Shown here in pieces: positions 61,328-64,000 of a stretch of 64,000 nucleotides of DNA. Origin of the DNA: an uncultured bacterium. Its GTDB lineage: Bacteria > Krumholzibacteriota > Krumholzibacteriia > LZORAL124-64-63. The DNA is taken from positions 1 to 64,000 of the forward strand of contig CAVSZB010000001.1 of the NCBI GenBank assembly GCA_963732385.1, read 5' to 3'. Positions within the stretch are counted from its first letter, which is position 1; every line of letters begins with the position of its first letter. The notes below the pieces were generated by a model. That model was not told the origin of the DNA. It worked only from the letters and a program-made list of their open reading frames with translations, and did not search any database. A program made the position numbers and the translations under genes.

Positions 61328-63111
61328 ACGTGGCCTGCCCTCCGGATGCATCGCTGACGGCGCTGCAGGGCGATATCGACAAACTCGCCGACCAGTTGTG
61401 CTGCGCGGTCGATGGCGACGTATCCTTCATCGTCGAGACCGAATCTCCCGACGAATGCCTCCAGCGGCTGACCATGCTGATGAACTTCGTCATGGACACG
61501 GCCCGCCGCGCCATCGAGCAGGTCAGGCACCAGACCGAGGAGATCCGCCTGAAGGAGACCCGCTTCCGCGAGTTGTTCGAGAACATGAACGACGGCGTGG
61601 CGGTTGTCGAGGCCGTGGAGGAGGGGAAAGACTTTGTCATCCTGGACATCAACAGCGCCTCGCTGCGGATCGAGCGCATAGTTCGCGAGGCTGTGGTTGG
61701 GCGCCGGATCACGGAGGTGTTTCCCGGCGCCGAGCAGATTGGCCTGCTGGACGTTTTCCGGCGGGTGTCCGCCACGGGGAATCCCGAGCACCTGCCGGCG
61801 CGGTTCTACGGGGACGAACGCATTTCCGGCTGGCGCGAGAACTTCGTCTACCGTCTGCCCACGGGGGAAGTCGTCACGGTGTACCGCGACGTGTCGGCGC
61901 AGAAATCCGCCGAGGAGGCGCTGCGGGAGACGCTCAGGTCCACCGAGATGCTCATCGAGGCGGCTCCCATCGCGCTGGTGGTCGTAGGGAATGACCAGGT
62001 CATCCGTCGGGCCAACGAAGTAGCCGGCAGGATCCTGGGCGCCAGCCCTCGCGAGATGGTGGGCCGGAACTGGCGTGCATTTCTCGGCGACGGGTCGGAA
62101 GAAGTCACCCGGAAGGCCGCCGAGGAGGGCACGCTGAAAGATGCCGGCGGCAATCCCGTCCCGGTTCTGATGTCTGTCATCCCAGCCGTCGTCAGCGGCG
62201 GGGAGGTAGTCCATATCGCGGCATTCCTGGATCTCACGGAGCGGAACCAGCTGGAGGGCCAGCTGCGGCACTCGCAGAAGCTAGAGGCTGTCGGCCAGCT
62301 CGCCGCGGGAATCGCCCACGAGATCAACACGCCGACCCAGTACGTCGGCGACAACACCCGCTTCCTGCAGCAGTCCCTGCAGACCATCCGGAACACCTGC
62401 TCGCTGTACGCCGAACTGCTCCAGGCGGCAAAGACCGATTCGCTGACACCGGAACTGCTGGTGCGCACCGAGCAGGCCGTCGAAGTCGGCGATCTCGACT
62501 ATCTGTTCACGGAAATCCCCACGGCCATCAGTCAGACTCTGGAGGGCGTCGAACGCATCACCAGAATCGTGCGCGCCATGAAGGACTTCTCGCATCCGGG
62601 CGGCAAGGAGAAGGAGGCCGCCAACCTCAACAAGGCCATTGAAAGCACGATGACCGTGGCCGGCAGTGCGTGGAGGCACGTCGCCGACGTGAAGCTGGAT
62701 CTCGATCCGGACCTGCCGCCCGTGGTCTGTTATCTGGGCGACATCAACCAGGCGGTCCTCAATCTGATCGTCAACGCCGCGCATGCCATCGGCGACGCAA
62801 AGATACAGACGCCCGGTTCCCTGGGCGAAATTGTCATCAGCAGCCGTCGTGACGGCGACCAGGTCGAGGTGCGGGTGAGCGACACAGGTTCCGGGATACC
62901 GGAAGCGATCAGGCCGCGACTCTTTGAACCGTTCTTCACCACCAAGGGCGTGGGCAGGGGGACGGGGCAGGGTCTGTCCGTGGTTTACGGCGTCATCGTC
63001 AAGCGGCATGGCGGCACGGTGACGTTCGAAAGTGAAGTGGGCAGGGGCACCACCTTCATCATCCGGTTGCCGATCGAGCCGGGCCCGGTAGCGCCGGGGT
63101 TGGAAGCTTAG
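61324..63111 (+). CDS. PAS-domain sensor histidine kinase (NtrB-like)
   Basis: [13 protein letters not shown] and [16 protein letters not shown] motifs; GTGA overlap with the H-NOX gene. Confidence 0.93.
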   Translation: MNVACPPDASLTALQGDIDKLADQLCCAVDGDVSFIVETESPDECLQRLTMLMNFVMDTARRAIEQVRHQTEEIRLKETRFRELFENMNDGVAVVEAVEEGKDFVILDINSASLRIERIVREAVVGRRITEVFPGAEQIGLLDVFRRVSATGNPEHLPARFYGDERISGWRENFVYRLPTGEVVTVYRDVSAQKSAEEALRETLRSTEMLIEAAPIALVVVGNDQVIRRANEVAGRILGASPREMVGRNWRAFLGDGSEEVTRKAAEEGTLKDAGGNPVPVLMSVIPAVVSGGEVVHIAAFLDLTERNQLEGQLRHSQKLEAVGQLAAGIAHEINTPTQYVGDNTRFLQQSLQTIRNTCSLYAELLQAAKTDSLTPELLVRTEQAVEVGDLDYLFTEIPTAISQTLEGVERITRIVRAMKDFSHPGGKEKEAANLNKAIESTMTVAGSAWRHVADVKLDLDPDLPPVVCYLGDINQAVLNLIVNAAHAIGDAKIQTPGSLGEIVISSRRDGDQVEVRVSDTGSGIPEAIRPRLFEPFFTTKGVGRGTGQGLSVVYGVIVKRHGGTVTFESEVGRGTTFIIRLPIEPGPVAPGLEA

Positions 63112-63314
63112 CCGGCCGCCAGGCCTCAGGCAGCTCCGCCGCTCATTCCGATGGTTTTCCGGCCCGCCCTATTCGCCTCGGCTACAATATTCCTGCGACT
63201 TGTGAAGGGTTCTCCGGTGTCTCACCAGGGAGCCAGGACCGGAAGCGGGCCGGCGCCGCGGGCAGACGTGCCTGGGGCCACGGCCAGGGAAAGCGGAACA
63301 CGAGGTCACGACGG

Positions 63315-63968
63315 ATGCGCTCGAGAAACGGACCTGCCACGGATCGCCCCGCCGACTGGGCGCGACTGCTCGAGCTCCTGGCGCCGATCCACGCGCGCGC
63401 GGCGGGGATGGCCAGGCGGCTCGCGGGGTCGGCCCACGACGGCGACGATCTGTTCCAGGAAGCGGTTCTGCGCGCCCTGGCCGCGTTGCCCGCGTTGCGC
63501 GACCCGGAGCGCTTCGGTCCCTGGTTCACCACGATCCTCCTGAACGTGCACCGCAACCGCAGCCGCCGGGGCTTCTGGCGGCGTCTCGTGCCGATCGAGC
63601 GGGGCGAGGCGCCGGCGGCCGAGCCGGTCGGCGAGGACGGGCACGCGTGGGAGGAGGAGCGGCTGCGCGCGGCGAGGGCGTCCCGGGCGCTCGCGACGTT
63701 GCCGGCCGTGCAGCGGGAGGCGGTGGCACTTTTCGAGCTCGAGGGGTACTCGATCGAGGAGATCGCCGCGCTCCAACAAGTTTCGCCATCCGCGGTGAAA
63801 TCGCGGCTCGCCCGCGGGCGGGCCCGGTTGCGCCGCACCTACGAGCGCTGGGGATTCGGTCGCCAGCGCGAGCACAACGGTGTCGGACGGTCCGGCGGTA
63901 CGCCGCTGCCCGTATTGGCGCCGCTGGCGCCGGAGGGTGAGTCCCATGGTCGTGCATCCGGAGAATGA
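63315..63968 (+). CDS. ECF RNA polymerase sigma factor
   Basis: DDLFQE, FGPWF and GYSIEEIA..VKSRLARGR motifs. Confidence 0.9.
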   Translation: MRSRNGPATDRPADWARLLELLAPIHARAAGMARRLAGSAHDGDDLFQEAVLRALAALPALRDPERFGPWFTTILLNVHRNRSRRGFWRRLVPIERGEAPAAEPVGEDGHAWEEERLRAARASRALATLPAVQREAVALFELEGYSIEEIAALQQVSPSAVKSRLARGRARLRRTYERWGFGRQREHNGVGRSGGTPLPVLAPLAPEGESHGRASGE

Positions 63969-64000
63969 TGGGGAGCGCGCTTTCGAGCGCGACCTGCAGG
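63946..64000 (+). CDS. Probable anti-sigma or downstream gene, partial
   Basis: ATG after GGAGGG overlapping the sigma stop; runs off the window. Confidence 0.35.
   Translation, partial: MVVHPENDGERAFERDLQ

Overview
High-GC bacterial chromosomal window. Three secreted proteins carry PNPFNP/FlgD-Ig C-terminal domains, two carry 'WGxx[KR]xLF' tails, and UbiD/UbiX/UbiA/UbiE menaquinone genes are present. Together these suggest an FCB-superphylum candidate lineage such as Krumholzibacteria or Eisenbacteria (inference only). Positions 1-2342 are an IS21-family element cut by the window edge. From about 2360 to 14480 lies an integron-type cassette region with no visible intI. It has eight recognisable attC sites or remnants and one collapsed site, interleaved with large host-type secreted-protein genes. 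In seven of the eight sites the normally invariant GTT crossover triplet is mutated, so the array looks locked or decaying. The rest is mostly housekeeping or accessory: msrA, an orphan pilX-pilY1 module behind a sigma54 promoter, a DUF4160-type TA-like pair, menaquinone genes, uppP, a DEAD-box helicase, RNA-modification enzymes, mscL, ettA, thiI, pgi, an H-NOX/kinase pair and an ECF sigma factor. Unexplained non-coding signals are a dispersed TTGCTAC-N-GTAGCAA palindromic repeat family (two 40-bp copies bracket a 4.3-kb segment as inverted repeats), a highly structured ~250-nt RNA candidate upstream of trmJ, and a sharp AT-rich triple-palindrome island. All calls were made by eye; no searches were run.
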